A stretch of DNA of 64,000 nt from Chrysemys picta bellii (taxonomy: Eukaryota): the NCBI RefSeq assembly GCF_011386835.1, contig NC_088795.1:32550001-32614000 (forward strand). The letters are read 5' to 3'. Shown here piece by piece: positions 11,791 through 25,225 of this stretch (position 1 is the first letter of the stretch; the number at the start of each line of letters is the position of its first letter). The notes beneath the pieces were generated by a model. That model was not told the origin of the DNA and made no database searches. It saw only the letters and a list, made by a program, of their open reading frames with translations. The position numbers and the translations under genes were made by a program.

Positions 11791-12050
11791 GGGTACGTCC
11801 ATACCAAAAGCTATGTATAGACTAGCCTAATGTAGCTAGCTTGAATGTAGCTAGCATGTGGAATAGCAGCAGTGAAGACTGCACAGCGCAGGCTTCAGAG
11901 CAAGCTAGCGAGCTGAGTACCTGCCTAGGGTCCATGGTGGCCTTGTACTAGCTGTGCTGTCAGCTGCATTGTGCTGTCTTCACTGCTGTTGTTACTCTTG
12001 GTAGTTGGATTCAAACTAGCTGAAGTAAGCTACCCCTGTGTAGACACATC
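11791..12050. mobile_element. Palindromic Harbinger-type MITE
   Basis: Internal inverted repeat AGCAGTGAAGAC / GTCTTCACTGCT; right end GTGTAGACACATCC. Confidence 0.7.
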
Positions 12051-13630
12051 CATAGTTCTACTCTGAAAAGGACGATGTAAAAATAATACTTTTTTATTCA
12101 ACAGGTTGGCTCTGTGTGTCATTGGAGGCAGATCTGTTTGCTTCTGTGACAAAAACAAGCGTTTACAACTTTTTATTTGTTAGTCCTGCAAAGCCAACAT
12201 TGCTATAGAGAAGGAGGTAGAAACACAGCTATCTGCTATGGTGGCTTTAGTGTTCTGGTGACAAACAAAAGCAAGCATCTTCACTGGGTGAATACAAAGC
12301 ACTGAAACATTTAAAGGGGAAGAACATCACAACGAGGGAGCTGAATTCTTTCCACTTTGTGTGCATTCACCTGATGTTTACAGTTCCAGTCAGCTGTATC
12401 TACAGTTAAGTTGCTGCAGATTTGCATATTGCTCATAAAGGGGAAGGAAACAGTCTAGCTTGACTCTCAGATTCCAGGTTGAGTTTGCAGGGCTGGCAGT
12501 GAACTAAAAAGACTTGTACAGTTGACAACAGTGTGTTTCCCTTTTCCTTCACCAGACACACACCATCCTAGTGTGATTTGCTGCTGGGCAGTGCTTTTAG
12601 CTCTGATCCCAGTCTGGGATCATTGTGCAAATGATCCACGCTCTGGCTGACCCGTACAGTAGGCGATGAATGTGGGCTGATTATTACAGAGCCTTACTCA
12701 GGGCCTGATCCAACACGCAGTGAACTCTATAGAGCCGAAGAGGGTAGGTTAGAGTGCATCCTGATAGAATTTTTTATGGAGATGCTGTAATTATGGTATA
12801 GCTGGACATAATTGTCATCTGCCCCTCATAATAAGCCTCCTCAATTTCCCTCCCAGGGACTTGATTCCATGCTAATTAGTTTTTACCAAAGATTTAGAAA
12901 TCAATCAATGCACAAGTTTGTTTTTTATTTCAGTTTGGCTTTGATGTATGTGACTTTGTAATTCTGTGCATTACATGTTTCCATTAGCTCTGTTAAATTA
13001 CAAGCCCTGTGGAAAGCCCTGAGCCACAACTTCTCTTCAGTTCTTGTCCCTTCCTTATGTAGGCAACTAAGGGTTTTATCCACCTAGTTAAATCCCCAAT
13101 GTACACACGGAACAATAAGAAGCATTAAACCATATGAGTTTAAATCATGGTTTAATACAGACTGGCTTTTGTGGGAGAGATGAGTGGATTCCATTTTAGT
13201 GCATGTAAATTTAATATTGCTGTTGGAAATTTAGCTATAAATTATTGCCACACAATATTTAATAGGTCTTTTATCAGAACCCAGACATAGAGGAGACAGC
13301 CCTACACAGTCACATGGCTGGAAGGCCACATGCTGATGTGACAGGAAAGCTAACTGCACAAGCAGCCAAAGCAGGGACTGCAGGACTGGGGCGGGGGAGT
13401 AAGTAAAATGGGGCCTAGTCAGGACTACTCCTTCCCAAGCATCCCCAACTCTGAAGACACTGGAACCCTTGTAGGGCCACCCCTCCCCTTGCCACGTGGC
13501 TTTCGGGGAAAAACTGCAGTAATATTTTTTTTTTTAACCTTCTTCTGCTCTGCCCTGTCCCTTTGCCCCTTTCCCTTTGCTTTTCTTTCCATTGAGTGAA
13601 TCCACTACCGCCTCTCCCCCCCCCCCCCAA

Positions 13631-14105
13631 GGGTGCATATTCGCTGAGGCAAGCAATAGTGTTCTTAGTGGCCAAGTGGCATTCTTGGAGATCGCTGAAT
13701 TTGGTTAGCAGGCAGTCCTCAACAACATGTATCACTCTCTGATCTGTGCCACAGCTGCAGCTTGGATCGTCTCGTAGACCCCAACAGTGCTGGTTGGCTG
13801 CACAGAGGCCTTGCCCAGTCTGGAATCGGTTAAGAAAGACCCACTGACAACATGGCAGGCCGAAGATGGGTGGGCCAGCTGGCATTAGAGTCTGTGGCGA
13901 GGAACTGATTGGTGGTTGACGTTAAGCACCAGTCTTCCTGCCACAGGGACTCCAGTGTCATATATCCTGGCGTGGCAGCCTCGACCAAAATGGGTTGTGA
14001 TGGAAGCTGCGTAGCTGGTGGACTAAAAAGGTTGTTGAACGAGGGCAAGCTTGGGCTGGTGTACCTTCTCAAGCACTTGCTAGCTGCAGTCTCCCTCCTG
14101 TTGTA
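13631..14105 (-). mobile_element. Vingi (Ingi/I-group) LINE, 5'-truncated 3' end
   Basis: ORF 13415..13885 contains GLPCCQWVFLNRFQTGQGLCAANQHCWGLRDDPSCSCGTDQRVIHVVEDCLL, the LNR.RTG.G...C.CG..Q...H...C cysteine-rich C-terminus of I/Ingi-group LINEs. The upstream frame gives the adjacent ORF region. Confidence 0.8.
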
Positions 14106-14878
14106 AGGGGGAGCAATGTGACTCAGAACTGGAAGCCATGGAAGATGTCAGTCGCCATAATAAACATGATTAATAATAATAGTAAAGATGACTGCTGAAA
14201 AATCAACAAAAGACTATAATTCCCCTCTCATTTCACACAATCAGTGGATATATAATGTTTTCAAATGCAGTTTAGTTTTGCAATGAGAGCAAATTCATTA
14301 TGTAGAGAACTTTATTTTTTTTGCACTGATTTCTCTACAGCTCATGTTTTCAGTGGTGCTTTCTCCATATTGTCAGTGAAATTTTCCCAGAATGTTTTTG
14401 GTGTTTTTCATTGAAGGGGGGAAAAAACCTAGCATTCTGATGTTTGCAGCCACACCCATAGCTGTTGCTCAGGAAACCCTATTTGTCCTGAATGGAAGTA
14501 CTGGTAGAAAAAAAAAAAAAACTGTAGTGTGGTAACACAAACTTATTACAAGCAACATTTTCCATTACCTCACACGACTCATTTTAATTTGTCATCCAGC
14601 TGTAAGGAGATAAAAAATTTTGTTTATTTTTTTGTTTTTGTTTTTTCTTTTCTGTTTCAAATTTGAATAACTGAATGATCAAAGCAATATATTTTCACTG
14701 CTTGTGAAGAAAATCTGTCATCTTCCTAGTTTAGATACTGGCACATGACTTCCTCCTAAATTATATTCTGCTGTGCCCATGTTCTGTCTGTTCTACTATT
14801 TCTTGTAAATCAACCTATTTTTGTACTTAAAATGTACATGTTCTTTTAATTGATTCTCATTGTCGCATAGAGTAAATA

Positions 14879-15013
14879 GGCCCTGATTCAGGAATAGCAT
14901 TTAGGATAGCATTCAAACACACATGCTTAAGTTCCAATAAACATATGTTAAAGAGCTGTTCTTAACAAGGATGGACTTAAGCAGATGCTTAGGTGCTGTC
15001 CTGAATTGAGGCC
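14879..15013. mobile_element. Palindromic MITE (GGCCCTGATTCAGG...CCTGAATTGAGGCC)
   Basis: Terminal and internal inverted repeats; TAG/TTA flanks. Confidence 0.6.
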
Positions 15014-16254
15014 TTAAAGTATAAATCAGCACCTAGGCTATTTTGGAGTTCTTGTGTAAAGCTAAATATCTTCCAGCAGATGTATAGTAAGTAGAGTCCA
15101 TTGTAACTAGCAGAGAATAGTAATGATTCTGACCACTGCACACCGATTGCAGAGTGCAAGTGTAGAGTTACTACAGCCTCTACTCTGTCTGTCAAGCGAT
15201 AACCTCATTGTGAAAGAATGATCAGTGTCTCAAACACATCCAGGCCCAGGAAATTGCTACTTAACCCACCATTGGGACCAGGAATCCAAACAAAGTATAT
15301 AGGATTGACATACTATACATTAATGCGTCAGGAAATCCATTCCGTCTCCAACTGATTAGCAAAGAATCTCCCTATATACACTGAAAATTAATGAGTTCAT
15401 TACATGAAAGGAAAAAATAAGACCCATATTAGCAGAATGGAGCTTGACTGTTTACAGGAAGCAGTAGATAACACTATTAAATTGTTAGTCAGTCAGTATT
15501 CCTTTCATAATATTTGGCACTCTATTCCACTCCCCCCCAATAATTCACTATTATGAAGAACTCTTGGCCTCGTGGGACTTGGCATTGGTAGGGAGGCGAA
15601 AGGCTATGCAAATGAATCCACGGTGTTTTGAATGTCTGTGTTTGGAGAATATTACAACTGCTAGCATATCAGTTTTTTTAATTGTACTGGCATGTATGCT
15701 TTTTCTGACCCAACATGTCCATGCTTATTCATGGAACACCAAAGGAATCCTATTAGCTTAAAAGGAACATCTTTTTATTTTCTGAATTCAAATGGCATGG
15801 CAGAACATTTTTATAGATGTTGACAGAATGAATACAAATCTGAATGTCCAAAATGCAATAAATAAACCCACTCTTTCAAACTGTATTTAAATCTAATAAT
15901 CTGCCATTCTATTAGCTGGCTGGTCATGGATCGTATCTTGTTGATGACCACATCCTGTACAATTGGTATGATGATAATAGGGCTATTGGGGGGGAAAAGA
16001 GACAAAAATGCCCATAATTCATTGATTGACATAAATAAAGAATTATGAGAAGCAATTCAGATTGTATTTATAGAGGGTGAAATTAACCATTGTGCAGGGG
16101 TGTAGCACATTGGCTATACAACACCTTAACTTTGGATTAAATGGAACTCACTGGCACGCGGTCCTTATGCCCACCCTTTGCACAGCAGTGAATTTCACCA
16201 TGGTCCTTTTCTTCAAGGGATTCCAAGCACACACAGTTATTTTAAAAACATGAT

Positions 16255-16483
16255 GTATTGCTATATGGTGGTTGCACAACTGACTGATAACTACTCTTTG
16301 AATATGGTTTTTCAACCAATTTTACACCCTCCCAGTTTGACAGTGAATCTAGGGGGGCCTTCTAGGGATTTGTTTTGGGTATACAACTAGTCAAAGTTTA
16401 CATTAATGACTTGGATGATAGAGTAGAGGGAACACTTATAAAATTTGCAAATGGCAATAAGCTGGAAGGGGTTGCAAGCACTT
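16255..16483 (+). mobile_element. CR1 RT fragment carrying two adjacent micro-inversions
   Basis: Flanks match CR1 in + orientation, while 16283-16322 and 16323-16347 match in - orientation (compare the CR1 copy at 31440-31560). Confidence 0.8.
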
Positions 16484-16619
16484 AAAAGCCAAATGTTAGG
16501 CTCCTCTTGGCCTCATTCTAAACTGGACATAGACAACACAGTGCAGACACATTCTCTCTGATATGCTAGCTGAAGTTCCTTTAAATCACTGAGATTTTAT
16601 TATTATTATTTATTTCATT

Positions 16620-16910
16620 TTATTGAAAGGCTTTGTGGAAGAAGTGTGTTTTTAAAGGAGTGATTTAATTCAAGAGTGAGAGCTCATTTGGTGTACAAGG
16701 AGCCTGATCCTACTCCCCTTGGAGTTGATGGCAGTTTTACCACTAACTTCAGCAGGAATATTATTGTACCTGTAAAAGAGGAGGGAGTTTTAGGCATGGC
16801 ATGAATCTGAAAAAGGATAATGGGCCTTTAATACATCAAGTGTAGAAAGAAAGTTAGTGGGAGGAGGAGTTGTGCAGGGCCTTGAAGGTGAGAAGCTTAA
16901 CCTTGAAGAA
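16620..16910 (-). mobile_element. Old L2-like LINE remnant with an inserted short MITE
   Basis: GTGCAGGGCCTTGAAGGTGAG and purine-rich context typical of antisense L2; highly decayed. Confidence 0.4.
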
Positions 16911-19900
16911 TGAGCACATAATGTGAGCATCTTGAATTGAGCAATCGAAAATAACTATGCTAAAGCAACATTATGATTGCTATGACTTTTCCATGCACAA
17001 AATTCTGGGATCTGGAAATTATGCTTCCAACAGAAATCATAACGTGGCCCTCCTTGCGCACACAGGAGGCCAAATGCTCCTCTGGTGTAAAATCAGAGTA
17101 ACTCTGTTGGCTTCAACAGCTTTAGCTACCACATAGCTCTATTGACTGTTTTCAAATCATTGGAGTTACACTGGTGTAAAACTGAAGTAACATGGTGGTA
17201 AATCAGACCTTTCATTTCAAATTGAGATCACAAAATACAATCAACCTCCCATATGGCACAGACTGGCTTGATAGGGCATGCTAATGGAATAGATAAACAT
17301 TGGGGAATATATTGTGCAGCTCTTTGTAAGACTATATTCTTTCACTTCTTATTTGCAAGTGTCCATACTGACTAACACCATTCAAAAAAGACATATGGAT
17401 TTTTATTTTTCTTGCAAGTTGCAGTCTCATTTCTCCCACTCTCATGAGGTATGTTACCTTAGAAATGCTAAATAGGAAACATGTGCTTTGGGGCTAACAG
17501 TATTGCTGCTCTGTAAGGTCAGTTCCAAAGACTCAACATAAAGGCTTTGCTAATTTAAAATGAAATAAAAGCAGCTGCCATAAAGAATGTGATATATAAA
17601 TTCTCATTTAAAGTTGTATTATATTTCTTTTATTATTTTGAATAGCCTGAAGTGAGAGAGAATGAATATTTATTAAAGGGATAAAATGCAGCCTATTCCT
17701 TCTTGTCCTTTTCTTGAGGACAGTATTTTGTATCGATGGGGAAACACAATCTCAAACGATTCTTTACAGGGATGCCTTATTCCCTCAAATAATCTAGTAC
17801 CTTAACTAATTCATTTTGATTCACTGCATACAAGATGATACTAAAGATGGATGATAAATTTTAGGAATGGGCAGACAAGATAGAGATGTGTAAGTCTTTT
17901 TGCAGGCTCATGGAGGAATATTTGTTATTTCTCTGAGTTATCTTTCCATTTCTCCCAATTCAAGGTTTAATTTAAGTTGATGTAGTGGAATGGGATACTC
18001 CTATGCATGCATGTATGTATTTATTTAAGAGTCCCAATGGATGTTAACCAACCAAGCCTTGTTATTCTCAATGAGACCTCTGTGCTAGCACTGATGAGTA
18101 CTGGCACATCTCTGGCTTCAAATCAAGCCCCTTCTCTTTCCCTTCCCCCTTCTCTATTTTCTAGTTACTCCTTTGTTCTCTACCTCATGTCCCATTATAA
18201 TTAATGTAGCTGATGAGGCTGAAGTATCCTTTGTTATAAATGGTCATACAGTTGTATTGGAACAACTTTAGACACTATACCCTGAGACCTGAGGAGATCA
18301 CTCATATTACAGAGGTTTTCTGTTGGTTATACATTAGAGAAGGTCCTGGTCAAGTGCCTTTACAGATGACTGCTTGCCGAGTTCCTTGACAGATAGTGGT
18401 CGCTGCACATGAAATGTCACCCCGTTGTTTCTTTACTTCTCCATTAGTACTAGCACTACTCTGAAAACTCGCAATATTTTGATAATCCACAGGTGTCCAC
18501 AGTAAAAATCTTTTAAAAACATTTCCAATAGGGATAAGCTTAATACAGTTACTGTGTGTATTATTATGGTCTCTGAAAAAGTGTTTCATGATGAAATGAT
18601 TAAAAAACTAAATACGTTTAAGGCCAAACTTCCTTTTCAAGGCCTCAGCAAGTGCCCAAGCAAATTTTATGTGTGCATCGTTTGTGGGCACAAATGAGTA
18701 TTTGCATGTATAAAGTGAGAATTTGCACATCTATCCAATTTGAGCATTCAAAAGTGGGATTTGAATGTGAAGTTTTGAAAGGCAGTGTTATGTTTGAAAA
18801 TGTGCCCTTGAAAGTATAACAATAAATTGTAGTAATTTTGAGGAAATTTAAAGGAAAGATTACTCTCTATTTATCATATGTTTTCTGGTCCTCCATGAGC
18901 TAAAGGCTAGATATATTTGTATAAGTCATATGTTTTGGAATATATGCAAAAAAATTAAATTTATTGGTATTTACAATGTCTGTAAATTTTTTTTTTTTAA
19001 TTTTTGTTCTCTTAATCTAATTAGGTTTTGTTGAGTTTTATGTTAGTTTGCTAGTGCAGTCTTTGATAGTCTAGGCACTCTTAAATTAGTGAATACTGAA
19101 GACATTCTGCAAGAGCAAAATAAAAGCAAGAACAAAACAAACTTTGCTCCATAAGTGGAAAATTTAACAATACACTTTTTTAGGATTTGTGAACAATATG
19201 AATTTCCTCTGCCTATAAGAAATATCAATTTGCATTTTTTTCTAATAGCAAAATTAATTGCTGTTTTATATTAAGTTATTCCACTTTGCTCATGTGATAC
19301 TATTAATGTTGAAAAGCGGTAATCACCCCCCCTCCCCCACCCCGCCCACACATACACACCCTTCAGTATTCATCTGTTGAACTTTTTTCCCCCCAAGTAT
19401 TTATTTTTTTATGACTCTATAAATGCCTTGATTTAAGTGTCAGACTTATAGTTGCTTTGTATGAAGACCATATCCGTTTTATAACACACATCTTGAGATA
19501 CTCCCAAGCTTGGTAGAAGCATTGCTTTTGTAGACTGGAATGGGAATATTCTCAAATCTTTTACAACTCTTCTGGATAATGTGTCGTCTTTTCTCTGGAT
19601 AATCATAATTCCTCTTTTTATAGTTCTTCAATGACGCAGAAACCTTGTTAAACTGTCAAAATAGAAAATTTGTGTTTTGTGTGAAACTGAAATAATTGTC
19701 TGTGCAATTTGCGTCCATTGCTCCTCTATACAAGATCAAAGCACTAGAGGAGAAGAAACAAAAGATGGGGAAAGTCAGAAGTCACGAGCATACCAGATAT
19801 TTATCCTATGACTCATTGTCCAAAAAAGTTTTTGCACAATATAGCACTGAATTTTTATGTTCCCAAGTTTCACTGTGAGTTCTTATAGGACATTCTGTTC

Positions 19901-21286
19901 TGATGTATTGTTAAGCCAGTGAAGTAAATACAATCATAGTGCAGAGAGAACTGTCAGCCACAAAATGTGATGGGCTTGACTTTAAATGGGTGGAGATCTG
20001 TAAGAGGATGTTAATTTTGCTATTACTGACAGATTATCCTTTACCTTGGTGGTTGGATATGAAAGTTCCTGCCTCAATGCTCAGCATAGAAAGCCCTGCA
20101 GGAATGTACAGGTGGCTCTTTATCTCTACAAGGGTGAGGCGGGGCCTCAAACTCTTTCTTTCTCTTTGTATTAATACTTGATGCAGGGAACACAAAATAC
20201 AATGGTTAACAGCCAAATCCTGTTATAAATATAGAAAGAAACGGCAGTATTTCACACTACTGTATAGTTGGTAAATGTTGAGTTTTTAATGGAGACTGAC
20301 CCAGTTTACGATGAGCCTTGAACTATGGGACAGAATGATGTGATGGAAACCAGCAAATTGTGGGCTCTGTTGACTGAGGTGGCATTTCTAGTCCAAGACT
20401 CAGTGCTGCTACAGACAATAACAGAGATGCTAAAATGTGGTAGGGTGAAGGGGAATTAGCTGAAAAATCAAACCAATGGAAGTGCAGAGGCTTACTGTAT
20501 GGATTCTTTCTCGTATTTGGGCAGCTACACAACAAATAAAACTGATAAGGACCTATATGAAAGCTACATAGTGCTTTTTACCAGCTCTTAGACATGCACA
20601 ATAATTAGTATACTTCTGAAATGAGAAAGGGTTTGCCCTGGTCTCTGACTACTTTTTTTTTTCTCCCCCACTACTGTCAGTTGTCTGCCTGGATACCAAC
20701 CACCAACTTCAGAAATGGCTGCATTTTATTAGTGGATGAAATAATTTTTATATGCCAGGAGCTGATAAAAGCACTTTGAGGTCATTCAGCATGGAAATCA
20801 TAATATCAATGTTTATCTATTATATTATTATTATTAGAGTGGGTCAGAAATCAGTCATTTGTTCCCTGTTGAGTTTTCAGGAAAAAATCAAGTACTGGAA
20901 ATTTTTACCCAATCCCCTGCTCTCTTCTCTCCCCCTCCCCCCAAAAATGTTGTTTAGAGGGTTGTAGTTTGGGTACATTATGCCCTTATTTTCCTCTATA
21001 GGCAGGGATCGCTGGCCACCCTACATCTCCTCGTATGCACCACAGACACCTTTTGCTGAGCTGCACCATGATGCACCATGAGCGATGTACTCCAGGCAGG
21101 GAGCCTGTCCTATAAAGGAGAATGGGGGCACAATGCACCTAAATTACAATGAGGAACCACAGCAGCATTTCCAAATCAACATTTTAGTCTAATCCAAAAA
21201 ACTTCTCTCCCCCCCTCCCCCCAGAAGTCAAAACTTTCTGCAAGAAGCAGACCCTTTTCACAAAACACTTCACTTCATTGTCTGGG

Positions 21287-21888
21287 TGTACCGAAAGGAG
21301 AACAGGAGACACTTGATATGGATTTTAATCAGGCTGCAACTTTATTATATGGAGGTCTGGGACTATCTGGCAGATATAGTGTACAATGCAGGCAACTCTA
21401 TGGGGGGAGGGATAGCTCAATGGTTTGAGCATTTGCCTGCTAAACCCAGGGTTGTGAGTTCAATTCTTGAGGGGGTCATTTAGGGATTTGGGGTTTTAGT
21501 TGGGGATTGGTCCTGCTTTGAGCAGGGGATTGGACTATATAACCTGCTGAAGTCCCTTCCAACCTTGATATTCTATGATTATTCAAATCATAAGCCAGGG
21601 CTTCCACCAGCCCTCCTTCATTTTCCATCCAGGTCCCGACAGCCAACCTATGGCTTGGACCTTACCATCCACCCCCCTCATAGGCAAATGGGCGAGAGGG
21701 AGTTGGGTTGGGTTGGCTCCCTGCCGTACCAATCATAGGACTCCCCAACCTCCCTCCCCCATTCTATTCCTTTAACCAGCACCTCCTTTTAAGTCCTTTA
21801 TCAGGCCATTTATCAGGTCACTGGATGTCTTCCCTATGGAGTACCTGCACTGGACATCTGCCCCACACTTACGAAATAAGTTGCAACA
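21287..21888 (-). mobile_element. Probable solo LTR (ERV-like), interrupted by a SINE
   Basis: TG...CA ends; the minus strand has AATAAAGTTGCAGCCTGATT (polyA signal) near its 3' end. TSD not confirmed. Confidence 0.5.
21402..21580 (+). mobile_element. Turtle tRNA-derived Pol III SINE with CR1-like tail
   Basis: A box GATAGCTCAATGG, B box GAGTTCAATTC; tail GGTCCTGCTTTGAGCAGGGGATTGGACT...CCCTTCCAACCTTGATATTCTATGATT shared with CR1 3' ends. Confidence 0.92.
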
Positions 21889-24800
21889 TATAGCCTACCA
21901 CCTTTTCTCCTCACCAGAAATGCTCCATCCTGACACCTGGTGTGGGGAAGGTGAAAAAACCTCACTCCACTGAAGCCAATCTAATGGTGTGGGGAAAATT
22001 CCTTCCCAGTCTCCCTTAGAAAGGAGCAACTAGTGCAGTGCCCACAGCAGGCCCTAACCCAACCTGATATTTTCCACCTCTAGGGAAGGGAGGGCAGGTG
22101 CTGCGTTGCCTGCTGTGTGGAAAAAAGGAGCTTCCAATGCCCAGGGCTTGCACCTTTATAGCCTTCAGACCTCACATTCCTGGGGGATAAGTCAGTGCCA
22201 CAAAGCTGACCACTGTTCACCTTTTGCAGCAGTTTCTGACCTCATTTTCTTCCCCCCCCCGGGCCATAAAGCACAGCTGCCTTCCCTCAGCAAGCCCAGA
22301 CAACATTCTCCCTCCCCCGCCTCCGCTTTAGGTGTGGTCATTGAAAACCCAACTTCCAACCCAAAATGTGTGTTGATGGAAAATTTTCACTCATCCTTAA
22401 TCATTATATTGATAGTCCATTAATATGTACATTGAGAGAGGGCAAATGGATTCAGAGGAAACTCATTTCTTTGCTTGCTACCTAAAGGAACAGAGCTGCT
22501 ACAGCAGGTAGCGAGAATTGATTAGCAAGGAAACATGCCTCCTATTCTAGCTACAGTAACTTCACATAGCTGTTCATGCACACGTTAATTTAGGAAACTA
22601 TACATTTTCTTTAAAGGGCAAAGTCATGAAACTAAAGGATGCCAGATGAGAAATAACTAGGGAATTCCACTGTCAATAACTGGTGGGCCTACAGTACAAG
22701 GGGGTCCTGGTCCATGACTAGAACTCCTAGGTGCTACAGTAATACAAATAAAAAGCTGTAAAATAGAGATCACTTCTTCAATGAGACCTATAAGAGACTG
22801 CTGGGTAACATGTTAGAGCAAGTGGAAATAGATTGGGAATTGGCTGGCACTCGCGACAGAAGACAAAAGGCAAATGTAAATTGTTATCTGGAATTGTTTT
22901 GTGGGACCCAAGAAGTAGATTGTGCAATCTAATTTTAGTCAAGTTTAATTTCCTGGACTCTCCTGCTTCCAGGATTACTGTACTTTATTAAAGTACAGTA
23001 AAAACTACTCGAGATGGACAATTCACTTCTGGCTACCTCCTCCAAGTCTCTCTATGCATTATAGGCAATGAAGAGTATTGCCAGTGGTGTTGAGAACTCA
23101 GCTCAGCTCTGGGTAGGGCCTCTAAGCGTTTGGGAACTCAAACCATGCAGAAGCTCCAGGCACAAGCTTTGTGAGTCAAACGGTTAATCCAGCCATGATA
23201 TCATCAATCTTGCATAAAACTCCTAGTTTTATTTAGTTAGAACTCATTTCCAGTTTTATCAAGACACTTTTATGAAGAAAAGCTGTAGAACTTTAAATGT
23301 ATTTACAGTGCTTTCTAGTTTTTAACATGGTATAGGACGAATGCATTAAAATGATGGCATCAGTCGGAACCCCACATTTTATGGAGATTAAGTCTGCATT
23401 GTCCAAGTATTAAACTGAAATTTCATGTATGAATGAGAGAATATACCTCCACTATAGGGAAATTACATGTTTGGATATGCAGTACAGAGATCATTGGTCT
23501 TACAAAGTAATTTAATCTGTTCATAGAAAGAAAGATGAAAATATAAACTGAATGTCAAATCCAAAAGAAACAAGAGAATAATAGCCTCCACTCCCACCAA
23601 AATATTGAAACTATATGCTGAAGCTAAATTTACACTCCTAGGTGTTTACACTTGCAGGGAAATGTTTTAGTGGTCAAAATAAAATAATATCTGAATGATT
23701 AAACCAGTAGCAATACATTTAGATATTTCTGTAAAACTCTATTATTTAAGCATTTAAGTGCTAAACCTATCAGGTTTCACCCTGCTCCAGATAAAGTGCC
23801 AGTTATAATTAAATGACTTCCTAAAAAGAACTCAGTGCTATAGTCATATAGCCGAAGTTTTAAGAGAAGACTGAATTCTAGGTGGTGCCTACTGCAGGCC
23901 CTTCTTTGAAAACGTTAATATAGATTTGGAAAGAAATTTCACAAATTATTCTAAAGACATATGGGGCCAGATTTTCAGCTGGTGCACATTGGTATAATTT
24001 CATTGAAGCTGAGGATCTGGTCCCATACAACAATGAAAGCTTCACAGTTAAATGTGATTCCAAGAGTATCCATCTCAGTTTGTACATATTTATATTCAGT
24101 GTTTAAGGCTCTTGATGCACATGCTACTGATCTGCAGTCATAAATTTCCTTTTGGAGGACTCCCACACGCAATGTATTCTTTGAGGCATGGAAAGTTTTG
24201 CAAGGCAGGATTCATTAAACTGTGGGGGCACAGGTGAGTAATCTTGCCAGTTTTCTGGATCTAGTTTTCATTATCCTAAGCCCATTTCCATGTCACAGCC
24301 TAGACTAGCAGTCTTTATTCTTTGTTTTACTACATAGGCAACATTTTGGTTTCTACCAAGTGCATTACAATACAGTCTTTAATCACATACGATTTCCAAA
24401 TAATAAAATATCATGCATTTTTTTTCCATGTGGCATCTTATATTATTTTTCATTCTGTATGATTACACTCTGACTTTTACTTGACAAATTCTGTTTTCCT
24501 TGTGCCTTTAGGAAATATTGTGCAATTTATTTATTTTTTTTTATTTCCAACCTGATTTTTATTTTTGAGCTGGACACAACAGCCTCAGAACTGGATGTAC
24601 TATCTATTTTGTTTTGCCCATATTGTTTTAAAAAGGGTTGAAATTATTATAATTTTTTACTCAGTAAAATAAATTGTATTCAAACTTTCAGCTTGGAGTG
24701 AATTAGCCAAGCTATTAAGAGTCAGTATTCAGAATAGGATCACACTAATTATAAGGGAGAGGTGGTGGTTGTTTGATAGTGGTGTAAGGCAGAAGAACTA

Positions 24801-25225
24801 CAACTTAGGGTTTGAAATTGAAACTCTTTGGATCAGTGGATCACACTAATTATGGGAAGCAAAGAATCAGCTGGTATCAGCTGGTATCAGTTAGTCAAAA
24901 TCAATGCCTCTATCTGGATTGCTGCCTGGCACACACCTGTGCAAAAACAGAAGACAGATGGGGGTTAGGAATACGTTAGAAGACAATTTGACTCAGAATC
25001 ACACAGGCAACTAAACAGATTGTTAGAGGTAAGCATACAGCAAATTACCAAAGCATTTCTCTTTTCCATGTGTTTGTCAGGCCCTTACTTTATAGTAAGT
25101 TATTCTGTTGGCTCCTTTAAAGTAATACCTACTCATTGTGATCCACTAAACATCCTGAAATTCTTGAAGTTTAAATTTCAGGTAACACATGAATGTGGTT
25201 AGGCCTGTTCTACAGAGCACACAGG

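Noticed and set aside
14569-14599. Minus-strand 31-nt exon-like segment with good splice sites
   Set aside because: Stops in all three frames; it could only be UTR or non-coding, and nothing else supports it.
21402-21480. tRNA gene
   Set aside because: A/B boxes are present but continue into a CR1-type tail; it is a SINE (likewise 45078-45250).
24866-24890. ATCAGCTGGT tandem repeat as a regulatory array or CRISPR-like repeat
   Set aside because: Simple 10-bp slippage duplication (2.5 units). No repeat-spacer arrays exist anywhere in this eukaryotic window.
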